Below, in pieces: positions 9,362 through 19,170 of a stretch of 64,000 nt of DNA. Location: the NCBI GenBank assembly GCA_017551545.1, contig JAFZLJ010000055.1:35-64034 (forward strand). The letters run 5' to 3'. Positions within the stretch are counted from its first letter, which is position 1. Every line of letters begins with the position of its first letter. The notes under the pieces were generated by a model. It made no database searches and was not told where the DNA came from. It saw only the letters and a program-made list of their open reading frames with translations. Position numbers and translations under genes: made by a program. The DNA is from Treponema sp. Its GTDB lineage: Bacteria; Spirochaetota; Spirochaetia; Treponematales; Treponemataceae.

Positions 9362-11094
9362 CGGCTAAGTTTTCTGTAAACTGTTCTTTTTGGAACGCCT
9401 GCATCCTCGCCGAATTCCTTCATCTTCCATTCAGCGTATTCACTCCAGTTTCCTTCAAAGAAGCGTACTTCAGAGTTATTTTCAAATGCAAGAATATGTG
9501 TACAGATTCTGTCTAAGAACCAGCGGTCGTGGCTTACTACAAGGGCACAGCCTGCAAAGTCTTCAAGGGCTTCTTCAAGCGCGCGTACTGTTTCTACGTC
9601 AAGGTCGTTTGTAGGTTCGTCGAATAAGAGTACGTTACCGCTTTCTTTAAGCATAAGTCCAAGATTAAGACGGTTGCGTTCACCACCAGAAAGTACGCTT
9701 ACCTTTTTATTCTGATCCGGTCCTGCAAAGTTGAACCAGCCGCAGTAAGCATGTGCATTTACTTCGCGTACGCCACCTTCAAGGGCGCGTCCCTTTTCGT
9801 CAACGGCACCAAGCTTTACAAGGTCTCCGCCGCCGCCAAGAGTTTCATATACAGTTTTGTTCATGTCGAGTGTAGAGCGCATCTGGTCTACATATACAAG
9901 CTTTACAGTTGAACCGATTTTAATGCTTCCGCTGTCTGGCTTTTCTCCGCCTTCCATGCCTGCTGCATCTACAATCATCTTAAAGAGTGTTGTTTTACCG
10001 GCACCGTTTGGTCCTACAATTCCAATAATTGCACCGGCAGGAATATGAACATTTAAGTTTTCGAATAAAAGTTTATCGTCGAATGATTTTGTAAGGTTTT
10101 CAATATCAATTACCTGACCGCCAAGACGTGGACCTGCAGGAATAGAAATCTGTGCATCCTTAAGCTGCTTTTTGCTTTCCTGTGCCATAAGCTCGTTGTA
10201 GCGGGTAATATGTTCCTTGTGCTTTGCCTGCCTTCCTTTTGCACCCATGTGAATCCATTCCAATTCGCGCTGAATTTCTTTCTGACGTTCAGATTCATGT
10301 TTACTTTCCATTGCAAGGCGCTGGTTCTTCTGTTCAAGCCAGCTTGAGTAGTTACCTTTGAACGGATATCCTTCTCCGCGGTCAAGCTCAAGAATCCAGC
10401 CGGCAACATCATCAAGGAAGTAGCGGTCGTGGGTAATGGCAATAACAGTACCAGGGTAATCGTGAAGATGCTTTTCTAGCCATGCAACTGTTTCTGCGTC
10501 CAAATGGTTTGTAGGTTCATCGAGCAACAAAATATCTGGCTGCTGAAGAAGAAGACGGCACAAAGCAACACGGCGGCGTTCACCTCCGGAAAGTACGTCT
10601 ACAACCTGTTCTGGTGGAGGGCAGCGCAAAGCTTCCATTGCAAGTTCAAGGTTATTATCAAGATTCCATGCATCGCAGGCATCAAGCTTTTCCTGAACTT
10701 CTGCCTGGCGGGCACAGAGCTTATCAAAATCTGCATCTGGGTCGCCGAAGGCTTCATTAATCTTGTCAAATTCTTCAAGAAGGTCTGTAATTGGTTTTAC
10801 ACCTTCTTTTACAACTTCCATAACAGTTTTTCCAGGTTCAAGGTAAGGCTCCTGTTCAAGGTAACCGATTGTGTAGCCTGGAGCAAGTGAAGTTTCACCT
10901 GTATAATCTTTATCAATTCCGGCAAGAATTTTGAAAAGTGAAGATTTTCCGGAACCGTTTGGACCGATTACACCAATTTTAGCTCCATAAAAATATGAAA
11001 TGCTTATATCTTTAAGTACAACTTTAGTTCCGTAAGCACGGCCAACGCGGTCCATTGTGTAGATAATTTTCTTGTCGTCGAATGTTTTTGCCAT
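9358..11094 (-). CDS. ettA: Energy-dependent translational throttle ABC-F protein EttA
   Basis: ISISYFYGAKIGVIGPNGSGKS, LSGGERRRVALCRLLL, ELDRG.G.PF.GNYSSWLEQK..RL, second NBD LSGGERNR, SHDRWFLDR. Confidence 0.93.
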   Translation of the reverse strand: MAKTFDDKKIIYTMDRVGRAYGTKVVLKDISISYFYGAKIGVIGPNGSGKSSLFKILAGIDKDYTGETSLAPGYTIGYLEQEPYLEPGKTVMEVVKEGVKPITDLLEEFDKINEAFGDPDADFDKLCARQAEVQEKLDACDAWNLDNNLELAMEALRCPPPEQVVDVLSGGERRRVALCRLLLQQPDILLLDEPTNHLDAETVAWLEKHLHDYPGTVIAITHDRYFLDDVAGWILELDRGEGYPFKGNYSSWLEQKNQRLAMESKHESERQKEIQRELEWIHMGAKGRQAKHKEHITRYNELMAQESKKQLKDAQISIPAGPRLGGQVIDIENLTKSFDDKLLFENLNVHIPAGAIIGIVGPNGAGKTTLFKMIVDAAGMEGGEKPDSGSIKIGSTVKLVYVDQMRSTLDMNKTVYETLGGGGDLVKLGAVDEKGRALEGGVREVNAHAYCGWFNFAGPDQNKKVSVLSGGERNRLNLGLMLKESGNVLLFDEPTNDLDVETVRALEEALEDFAGCALVVSHDRWFLDRICTHILAFENNSEVRFFEGNWSEYAEWKMKEFGEDAGVPKRTVYRKLSR

Positions 11095-11103
11095 AGTTTT
11101 TCC

Positions 11104-12978
11104 TTATTCGATTATTGTTCCTGCAGGGTATCTTGTAAATTCTGCAGTTGGTTCTGTAAGTATATCAGGTTCACTTGTCGTTTCTGTTGTTGTTTCAGGT
11201 TCAGCAGAGCCTGTTTCTGTTTCTGCAGGCTTTGGTGCCGGAGCAGGCTTTGGAACCGGTGTATATGACATGCGGATATTTTCGTTTTCAGACTTGTGTC
11301 GTGACTTGAGGAGCAATGTCTGTGAGTCAGACTTATATACATAACCCGAAGAATTGTATGTTTCAAAGCGTGGGTCTGTACGGAATGCCATATCATAAAT
11401 GAAGATTTGTTCAAATGCCGGAATGCCTTTAAGTATTACATAATGTGTGTATTCCAGAGGGAAGTTGATTGTAAGAACAAGAGCTCCGTCATCAGCCTTA
11501 GCATATTTTATGTCGCCAGAACAAGTCCATGCCCACATAACATCCTTTCCGGAGCCGTGTATAAGCTGAATATGTGGATAGAATGTGTTGTCGTATGCCA
11601 GAAGCGGATAAAGTGTTGTGAGTGTGCGTAAGTCGAATGATGTACTTTCGCCAAGGTATGAATTAACAATTACACGACCTGCTCTTGTATATGTATCATT
11701 ATTAACAGCAAGACCGAATCTCATAAGTGAAATACCGGCTTCTGCTGCCTGGACTACAGAAAGGAAGGTGTCGTTTTCGGAAATTGTAAGAACTTCGTTT
11801 TCAAATGTGCACGAATCTGTAATATGCTGTACACAATCTCCCATAACAGGTTCAAGAATAGAAGCATATTCAGCGTTGAGTTTTCTAAGTTCTACATAAG
11901 TTCGCATGATTCCCGAAACCTGAGCAATTGTTGCTCTTGAAATGTCAGAAGTAGCGGCGTTTCTAAGAACTGCAACAGCTTCTGATTTTTCAGGGTAGAT
12001 ACACAAGCGTGCTGCAAGATTATTTACAGTAAATATATCGAGTGTACCTGAAGAAGCGGCCTTTCTGATTGAATCTGACGACTCTTTTACTGCAGTTTCA
12101 AGCAAAGTGTTCATGTTTGCAAGGTTATTAAGGAACGGTGCAGAAAGATATGTTCTTGAATTACTCTTTTTGTAATCCTGTGGAATATCATCTATTGCAG
12201 TCTTGTAGTTTCCGTTTATAGCCATTGCAGAAATATATGCAACTACAGCCTGTTCTGTATAGCTGTTATCATTTAATGAAGTCTTAAAGCTGCTTATTAA
12301 ATTAGCTGTAATTGAAGAAACTGTATTGTCGTAGGCTTGTTTTTCTGCGCTTGCAAGAGAAGTAAGTACATCAAGAGAGAATTTCTTTGTTTCATCATAA
12401 ACTGTGTAATGTGCAATGTTATCTGCATAAGTTAAATGAAGGTAATTTTCTGCAATTTCAGATGCGCTTATGCTCCAGTTCTGTTTTTTGCCTTCAAGTA
12501 CAATTCTGTTTGAATCTTCTTTAAGAATCTTGAAGTTATAACCAATATTGAATGGTATATACAAATCTGATATATTCTTAGGAACATCGGCGTAAATGGT
12601 AAGCGGTGAATTTGCTTCATTTTGAGCAAGCATAATTACAATACTTACATTTTCTGTAAAATGGAATGTATACTGAAGGTCGTTTTCTTCATAAGAAATA
12701 AGCTGAAGATTTTTTGCAACCTGTTCATCTTTCTGAATTATCTTAATGCTGTCCTGATCATTTGTGTGGAGTGTTATTCCGTTGTATGAAATTTCCAGCT
12801 TGTTCTGCAGAGCTTCTGAATTTTCTGCTTCTTCGGTCCTTGCCATGCTAACCTGAAGGTTTCCGATTTTTTTGAGAATGGAAGAATCTGTTCTAAATTG
12901 AAGAATAAAAATGCCGATGATAATAACGATATCGACAATCAGAAGTCCTATGGCTTTTCTTATAACACGCATATTCAT
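11104..12978 (-). CDS. Membrane-anchored hypothetical protein with P/T/E-rich tail
   Basis: 624-aa ORF with one N-terminal TM helix; FRTDPRFETYNSSGY motif near the C-terminus; function not recognised. Confidence 0.8.
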   Translation of the reverse strand: MNMRVIRKAIGLLIVDIVIIIGIFILQFRTDSSILKKIGNLQVSMARTEEAENSEALQNKLEISYNGITLHTNDQDSIKIIQKDEQVAKNLQLISYEENDLQYTFHFTENVSIVIMLAQNEANSPLTIYADVPKNISDLYIPFNIGYNFKILKEDSNRIVLEGKKQNWSISASEIAENYLHLTYADNIAHYTVYDETKKFSLDVLTSLASAEKQAYDNTVSSITANLISSFKTSLNDNSYTEQAVVAYISAMAINGNYKTAIDDIPQDYKKSNSRTYLSAPFLNNLANMNTLLETAVKESSDSIRKAASSGTLDIFTVNNLAARLCIYPEKSEAVAVLRNAATSDISRATIAQVSGIMRTYVELRKLNAEYASILEPVMGDCVQHITDSCTFENEVLTISENDTFLSVVQAAEAGISLMRFGLAVNNDTYTRAGRVIVNSYLGESTSFDLRTLTTLYPLLAYDNTFYPHIQLIHGSGKDVMWAWTCSGDIKYAKADDGALVLTINFPLEYTHYVILKGIPAFEQIFIYDMAFRTDPRFETYNSSGYVYKSDSQTLLLKSRHKSENENIRMSYTPVPKPAPAPKPAETETGSAEPETTTETTSEPDILTEPTAEFTRYPAGTIIE

Positions 12979-13035
12979 GGTGCTTATAGTTTAACCAAAA
13001 AATAAGGGACTTTCAACTATATATATAAGGAATAA

Positions 13036-14502
13036 ATGATGAAGAAATGTAAAATACTGATGATTTTTTTGATTGGTTTTGTTGCAGCATTTACATTCTG
13101 GAGCTGTGGAACAACCCCAGCACCTGAGCAGACAGAAGTTACTGAGCCAACAGAGATCCCTGAGCCAACAGAGGTTCCTGAGCTTGTCGAAGGGCAAACA
13201 GAAGAGGTGGCCCTTCAGGAACCACAGGATCCACCGAATATTGCATTTGCAAAGCAGCTTAAGGAATTGCTCGACAAGGGTGATGTAAAGGCTGCAATTG
13301 CTCTTTTTGACACTATTCCTCCTGAACTTAAGGATGATATTGAACTTAAGATTGTTCTTGCTTCACTTTATGTTTCTGATGCTGATTATGATATGGCTAT
13401 AAAGGTTGCAGATGAAGTTCTTGCAATTGACCCTGAAAATCTTGATGCACTTGAAATAAAAACATTTTGTGCAAAGGCAAAGGGCGATAGTACAACCTAT
13501 AAAGCTGCTGCAAAAGCAATTCTTGCTACAGATCCTTATAATGCACAGATAAATATCATGGAAGGCGACGAGCAGGCTCTTAATCATAAATGGAAGCTTG
13601 CACGCGATGCCTACAGTAAAGCACTTAAATCTGAACCGGATAACACAGATGCCCTTTACGGCTATGCAAAAATGACATATTACATGGATGACCTTAAGCT
13701 TGCAAAAGAAACATGTCAGACTATTCTTGATAAGGATCCGGAAAATGCACAAGCTCTTGCCCTTATGGGAAAGCTTGCTGCCGAAGATTTTAACTATGTT
13801 CGTGCAATAAAGCTTACACAGGATGCCCTTGTATACGACCCTGACAATTATGATTTTTATCTTGATATGGGAACATATTACCGCTATCAGGGAAAATACA
13901 GTGAATCTATAAAATGCTGGACTAAAGCAACAGAAATCATTCCTGATTATTTCTTAGCCTATGCTTATCTTGCAGGTATTTATGATGAACAGAATCAGTT
14001 TGAGTTAGCTTTACAGAATTACCGCATGGTTATTAAAACAAATCCTGATTATTATTATGCTTATGAATCTACTGCAATTCTTGAATATCACTTTGGAAAT
14101 TATAAATATGCGCGAGCTTTGTTTGACCAGGCATATTCATATAGTGACAGCTGGGCCTATAAGCTTATGAATATTGCTATGTACTTAAAAGAAGGCGACA
14201 AGAATACCGCAAAACAGGAAGCACAGGCTTTGATGAAAAAGCTTGATCGTGAATCAACAGAATACAATCTTGTTCGTTTTTATGTTGACACATACAGCAA
14301 AAATGCGGAAACTTCACTTGTAAATAAAATCAACAAAGAAGATAATAACAATAAAAAAGGAAAAATGTTGTTCTACATGGGACTTTTCTATGAAATCAAT
14401 GGTTCTATAGAAACTGCCCAGGAATATTATGCTAAGGTTACAGCGTTCCAGGCACCAATGTTCTTTGAATATAGAATAGCAGAATGGGGACTTGGTTTAT
14501 GA
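13036..14502 (+). CDS. TPR-repeat lipoprotein
   Basis: Lipobox-like FWSC, Pro/Glu/Thr linker, multiple TPR units (..A...Y...L...P.N..A). Confidence 0.88.
   Translation: MMKKCKILMIFLIGFVAAFTFWSCGTTPAPEQTEVTEPTEIPEPTEVPELVEGQTEEVALQEPQDPPNIAFAKQLKELLDKGDVKAAIALFDTIPPELKDDIELKIVLASLYVSDADYDMAIKVADEVLAIDPENLDALEIKTFCAKAKGDSTTYKAAAKAILATDPYNAQINIMEGDEQALNHKWKLARDAYSKALKSEPDNTDALYGYAKMTYYMDDLKLAKETCQTILDKDPENAQALALMGKLAAEDFNYVRAIKLTQDALVYDPDNYDFYLDMGTYYRYQGKYSESIKCWTKATEIIPDYFLAYAYLAGIYDEQNQFELALQNYRMVIKTNPDYYYAYESTAILEYHFGNYKYARALFDQAYSYSDSWAYKLMNIAMYLKEGDKNTAKQEAQALMKKLDRESTEYNLVRFYVDTYSKNAETSLVNKINKEDNNNKKGKMLFYMGLFYEINGSIETAQEYYAKVTAFQAPMFFEYRIAEWGLGL
13123..13194 (+). repeat. 4 x 18-bp coding tandem repeat ending in a REP family C copy
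   Basis: cctgagcagacagaagtt/actgagccaacagagatc/cctgagccaacagaggtt/cctgagcttgtcgaaggg = PEQTEV TEPTEI PEPTEV PELVEG. Confidence 0.88.
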
Positions 14503-15680
14503 GTCAGTTACAGAGGGTTCTTTCGCTTGGTGGAAGGACAATTACTTTAATTGGTACAGCACATGTTTCGGCCGAAAGTGTTGCAGAAGTTGAAAATGCT
14601 ATAAGAGAGCTTAAGCCCGACAGTGTTGCAATAGAACTTGATGAAAAACGTGCGGATTCAATCCGTAATAAAGATAAATACCGCGAACTTGATATTGTAA
14701 AGGTTTTGCGTCGTGGTGAAGGCTTTCTTCTTCTTGCAAACCTTGTACTTGCTTCTTTTCAGCGCAGAATGGGCCAGAATGTAGGCGTAAATCCTGGTGA
14801 TGAAATGCTTGCAGCAATGCGTGTAGCCGATGAATTAAATATTCCTACCGTTATGGCAGACCGCGCTATTCAAATTACACTTAAGCGTGCCTGGGCTAAA
14901 AATTCCTTCTGGGGAAAATGCAAGCTTTTGGCAACACTTCTTTCAAGTGCTTTTTCTAAAGAAGATATGAGCGCTCAGGACATTGAAAACATCAAGGAAA
15001 AGAATGAGATGGATTCAATGATGAACGAGCTTTCGGAATACATGCCTGTTGTAAAAGAAGTTCTTATTGATGAGCGAAACACTTATCTTGCCGATAAAAT
15101 CTGGAACAGCCCTGGAAATAAGGTTGTTGCAGTCCTTGGTGCAGGACATCTTGATGGTGTAGTAGAAAATCTTGAAAAAATAGCAGGCGGACAGAAAGTG
15201 AATATTGACGAAATTGATGTTGTTCCTCCAAAAACTGTTGCTGCAAAGATTATTCCTTGGATTATTCCTGTTTTGATTGTTGTATTATTTGTTCTAGGTT
15301 ATATTTTTGGTGGACGTGAAATCGCTAAAGAAATGATATTAACCTGGATTTTCTGGAATTCTGTATGTGCTGGGGTTGCAACTATAATAGGTGCTGGACA
15401 TCCGATAACAATACTTGCTGCTATTATAAGTGCGCCACTTACTTCTTTATGTCCGACTATTGGTTGTGGTTTTGTGACTGCAATAGTTCAGGCTATTGTG
15501 TGTAAACCCAAAATTCGGGATATTGAAACTCTGCAAGATGATGTAACATTTAGAGGATTCTATAAAAATCGAATTCTTCGAATTTTATTAATATTTATAT
15601 TATCATCTATTGGTAGTACAATTGGAACATTTATTGCTGGTGGAAAGATGGGTGGAATCGCAGCAGCGTCCAATGCATAG
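14499..15680 (+). CDS. TraB/PrgY (TraB/GumN family) protein with C-terminal TM helices
   Basis: LIGTAHVS..S, VAIELD..R, PG.EM..A, ADR.I.ITL.RAW, LIDERN, VLGAGHL.G; ATGA overlap with the TPR gene. Confidence 0.9.
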   Translation: MSQLQRVLSLGGRTITLIGTAHVSAESVAEVENAIRELKPDSVAIELDEKRADSIRNKDKYRELDIVKVLRRGEGFLLLANLVLASFQRRMGQNVGVNPGDEMLAAMRVADELNIPTVMADRAIQITLKRAWAKNSFWGKCKLLATLLSSAFSKEDMSAQDIENIKEKNEMDSMMNELSEYMPVVKEVLIDERNTYLADKIWNSPGNKVVAVLGAGHLDGVVENLEKIAGGQKVNIDEIDVVPPKTVAAKIIPWIIPVLIVVLFVLGYIFGGREIAKEMILTWIFWNSVCAGVATIIGAGHPITILAAIISAPLTSLCPTIGCGFVTAIVQAIVCKPKIRDIETLQDDVTFRGFYKNRILRILLIFILSSIGSTIGTFIAGGKMGGIAAASNA

Positions 15681-15777
15681 ATTCCCGTGTCAAGCACGGG
15701 AATGACAGAGATGTGGTCCCTGAGCCTGTCGAAGGGCCCCTTGTTTATTGTCATTGTCGGGCTTGACCCGACAATCT
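15679..15777. repeat. Mosaic REP cluster A(-)/C(+)/A(+)
   Basis: 15679-15707 family A, 15715-15737 GGTCCCTGAGCCTGTCGAAGGGC, 15749-15777 family A. Confidence 0.9.
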
Positions 15778-15874
15778 TTTCTTAGAAAACTCTTATCATA
15801 ACAAGTCGTTATATAACAATCCATATATAGATTTTTTCCCAAAATTTGCGAAAATATGTATATATGGATTGATT

Positions 15875-17338
15875 ATGAAAAGAAAACTACTTTGTGTCCT
15901 TGCGGCATTTTTTACAATCAATATTCTTGGTGCAGTAGAACTTGTTCCTACACAACAGCTTTTAGCTTCGTATCTGGAACAGGACACAGATCTTAAAAAT
16001 CTGGCACTTGAATTAAAAAAGGCAAAGCTTAATCAGCAGTCAACAGAAATTGATAAGGGTTTTACAATCAAGCTGTCTACCGGCGATATGACAATGACCC
16101 TTGGAGACAATAACTCCTTCAGCGTAAAGCCTGGCGTAAATGCAACAATTCCAGGCATGAACAATCTTGGATTAAATGTAAGCAGCCAGCTTAGTGTTGC
16201 AGACGGAAAGACAACTTTTGACAGTGCAAGCGCAACAGTTTCTGTAGACATCATTTCTTCGAACAAAGCAAACAGAGATATTTCATTATTAAAGTCAGAA
16301 CGCTCTGTGCTCGAAGCAGAACGAAACCTTACAGCAAAGGCTACAGACAAAGAAAAGTCTTTTTACAAAAGCCTTAGCAACCTTATGAACAGCATTTCAA
16401 GCATAGTTCAAAAGCAGAACACAATAATCGACGATTTTAATTCACTCGAAAAAATCAAGCTTCAGGGTTATGCTTCAACTTCGGCAACTTATATCAAGGC
16501 ACAGATGAAGCTTGAATCTTCTGAACGCGACCTTGAATCGGCAATTCATACACTTATAAGAGATTATAAGTTGTTCTATGCCAGCTGCGGCTACGAAATT
16601 GAAATCCCTGAAGATACAGACTTTAAAGAGCTTATTCCAGAAGATATTCCTGAAGTAGAAGCAGAAGATATATCTGAATACAAGGCAGAAAATTATACTC
16701 AGATAGAAAGCAATTTGTGGAATCAGACAATCAACCAGATGACACGTGATGCCAACACAAAGCTTACTTTATCTGCAAACGGCGGCTACACATACAGAAA
16801 CAACAACGGAAACGGTTCAAACACTGTAAGTGCAGGAGTAAGCGCCGGTTATGAAGGCTTGAGCCTAAGTGCAAACGTGAATGTGCCGATTGCGTCTGGA
16901 AGTAGTTCCGGTGCCGGTGGAGCAGGTGGAATGGGAGCAGGCAGTTCTGGTTCTTCCCCAACTGTTACATTGGGAATTACTTACACACCAACAACATCAA
17001 AGAAAAACAAGATTTCTGACCAGCTTACAGAAATTTCTATAGAGCAGGAACAGATGAAAATTGAATCTGCATGGTCTGCTTATGAAACAGCTGTGCTCGA
17101 AAAGCAGCTTAAGCTTGAAGATCTTGAATGGGACAAAGAAACAAATCAGAAAAATTACGAAATGTATACCGCTGTAGAAGAGCAGATGCTTGATTACTAC
17201 AAGAAGGGACTCATTTCGGAAAAAGATTATACATCTGCAGTAATCAACACGCTGCAGGCAAAGGTTAAAGGCCTTATAAATCGCATAGACTTTATTGTCT
17301 ATAATGATGAAGTAAAAGCAATGTTTGTGGAGAAATAA
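15875..17338 (+). CDS. TolC-like outer membrane efflux protein
   Basis: Signal peptide, alternating helical and beta segments, C-terminal YYKKGLIS..DY motif, first gene of an adaptor/ABC operon. Confidence 0.75.
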   Translation: MKRKLLCVLAAFFTINILGAVELVPTQQLLASYLEQDTDLKNLALELKKAKLNQQSTEIDKGFTIKLSTGDMTMTLGDNNSFSVKPGVNATIPGMNNLGLNVSSQLSVADGKTTFDSASATVSVDIISSNKANRDISLLKSERSVLEAERNLTAKATDKEKSFYKSLSNLMNSISSIVQKQNTIIDDFNSLEKIKLQGYASTSATYIKAQMKLESSERDLESAIHTLIRDYKLFYASCGYEIEIPEDTDFKELIPEDIPEVEAEDISEYKAENYTQIESNLWNQTINQMTRDANTKLTLSANGGYTYRNNNGNGSNTVSAGVSAGYEGLSLSANVNVPIASGSSSGAGGAGGMGAGSSGSSPTVTLGITYTPTTSKKNKISDQLTEISIEQEQMKIESAWSAYETAVLEKQLKLEDLEWDKETNQKNYEMYTAVEEQMLDYYKKGLISEKDYTSAVINTLQAKVKGLINRIDFIVYNDEVKAMFVEK

Positions 17339-17339
17339 T

Positions 17340-18479
17340 ATGGCAAAAAAAAATGGAAAGAAAATGAAGAAAAGCGTAAAAATCATCTTGATTCTTGCAA
17401 TTGTGGCTGTGGTTGTTGCTGGGGTTCTTATAGGACTCAGATTCTTCCTCCACAAGGATAAAAACCAGGTACAGATTTACACAGTAAACAAAGAAGTTTA
17501 CGAAAACGTAATTGAAATTTCCGGAACTGTTTCTGCAGCTCAGCAGCAGACCCTTAATGCATTGGGCGCCGGAACTGTTATGAAGATTTACGTCAAAGAA
17601 GGCGACACAGTTAAGAAGGGTGATATTCTAGTTCAGCTTGATGATTCTGAAGAAGTTTATAACCTTGAAAAGCACGACTATAATATGGCTACAACAAAGC
17701 TCAACGGTTCACCACGTGATTTAAGCCTTATGGAAACCCAGCGTGTTTCACTTGTGCAGAAAATTGCAGACCGCAAGGTAGTAGCTGCTTTTGATGGTGT
17801 AATTGTAGAGCTTAATGTTTCTGAAGGAAACTCTGTAAAGGCCGGTGATAAGATTGGTACACTTGTAAATCTTGATTACCTTACTGCAGAGGTTGAAATC
17901 CCGGAAACAGATGTTGCAAAGCTCCAGGTTGGACTTCCTGTAATTCTTGAATTCAATGCTTCTGACAAGCAGGGTAACGGCTATGTAACAGGCTGGCCTG
18001 CAATTGGTGAGCTTACAAACCGTGGTGCTTCTGTTGTTCGTGCACAAATCCGTATTGATGATTATCCAAAAGAAATACTTCCTAACTATTCGTTTACCGG
18101 AAAGATTCAGATTGAAGAGCCTGTAGAAACAATTACAGTTGAACGCTATGCAATCGGGTATGATGATGACGGCCAGGCTTATGTAATTCTTGCACGTGGT
18201 AACCAGAAGATAAATGTAGAAGTTGAACAATATGGACGAAACTACGTAAAGGTTTTGAGTGGTCTTAGCGGCGGCGAAATACTTTTGCAGGCAAGCGAGA
18301 TTCCAAAGTCTGGTTCAGCTGCAAACAGAAACAGAAATCAGCAGGGCGGAATGCCTGACTTTGGCGGTAGTATGCCTAACTTTGGCGGAAGCTCTGGTGG
18401 TAGTGGTTCCGGCAGAAGTGGTGGAAGTTCCGGTGGTGGTGGAATGCCAAACTTTGGTGGCGGCGGTATGCCATTCTAA
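17340..18479 (+). CDS. MacA-like periplasmic adaptor (membrane fusion protein)
   Basis: N-terminal TM; lipoyl halves GTV.KIYVKEGDTVKKGDIL.QLD and FDGVI...NVSEG..V..G; IPETDV..L..G. Confidence 0.9.
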   Translation: MAKKNGKKMKKSVKIILILAIVAVVVAGVLIGLRFFLHKDKNQVQIYTVNKEVYENVIEISGTVSAAQQQTLNALGAGTVMKIYVKEGDTVKKGDILVQLDDSEEVYNLEKHDYNMATTKLNGSPRDLSLMETQRVSLVQKIADRKVVAAFDGVIVELNVSEGNSVKAGDKIGTLVNLDYLTAEVEIPETDVAKLQVGLPVILEFNASDKQGNGYVTGWPAIGELTNRGASVVRAQIRIDDYPKEILPNYSFTGKIQIEEPVETITVERYAIGYDDDGQAYVILARGNQKINVEVEQYGRNYVKVLSGLSGGEILLQASEIPKSGSAANRNRNQQGGMPDFGGSMPNFGGSSGGSGSGRSGGSSGGGGMPNFGGGGMPF

Positions 18480-18490
18480 CGAGGCGCGTC

Positions 18491-19168
18491 ATGGCTGAAA
18501 TTGTTGTACGACTTGAAAATGTAGTAAAAACATATTCCATGGGAGAAAGCGAAGTTCATGCATTGCGGGGCATTTCGTTCCAGATTGAGCAGGGGGAATT
18601 CCTTTCTATAATGGGTCCGTCTGGTTCTGGAAAATCTACCTGTATGAACATGATCGGGTGTCTGGACAGACCTACCTCTGGAATAGTTGAAATAAACGGA
18701 AAAGAAACTGCAAAGATGACAGAAAAAGAGCTTGCAGTGCTCAGAAATCAGACTGTAGGCTTTGTATTCCAGCAGTATCATCTTATTCCTTCGATGAACG
18801 TTCTGGAAAATGTAATGCTTCCTTTGAAATATGCGCATGTAGAAAAGAGCGAGCGTGTGGAACGTGCAGAAGAAGCACTTATAGCAGTAGGCCTTGGCGA
18901 CCGAATGAAGCACCGTCCTCATGAACTTTCTGGTGGACAAAAGCAGCGTGTTGCAATTGCCCGTGCCATGGTAACACAGCCAAAAATCCTTCTTGCCGAC
19001 GAACCAACCGGTGCGCTCGACTCAACAACAGGTAAGCAGGTAATGGAGCTTTTCAGACAAATCAATACCGAAAAGGGCACGACAATCATCATTGTAACAC
19101 ACGATCCAAGAATCGGTGAGTCTACAAAAAGATGTATTCGGATTCTTGATGGGCAGATTCAGGAGTAA
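18491..19168 (+). CDS. MacB/LolD-type ABC ATP-binding protein
   Basis: GPSGSGKST, GFVFQ, LSGGQKQRVAIARA, LADEPTGALD, VTHD. Confidence 0.95.
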   Translation: MAEIVVRLENVVKTYSMGESEVHALRGISFQIEQGEFLSIMGPSGSGKSTCMNMIGCLDRPTSGIVEINGKETAKMTEKELAVLRNQTVGFVFQQYHLIPSMNVLENVMLPLKYAHVEKSERVERAEEALIAVGLGDRMKHRPHELSGGQKQRVAIARAMVTQPKILLADEPTGALDSTTGKQVMELFRQINTEKGTTIIIVTHDPRIGESTKRCIRILDGQIQE

Positions 19169-19170
19169 TT

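Noticed and set aside
11130-11260. P/T/E-rich tail as another REP-seeded repeat
   Set aside because: No match to the family A, B or C consensus and no clear nucleotide periodicity.
14499-15680. TraB as evidence of a conjugative element
   Set aside because: This is the TraB/PrgY/GumN family, not a T4SS component; no relaxase, VirB4 or integrase lies nearby.
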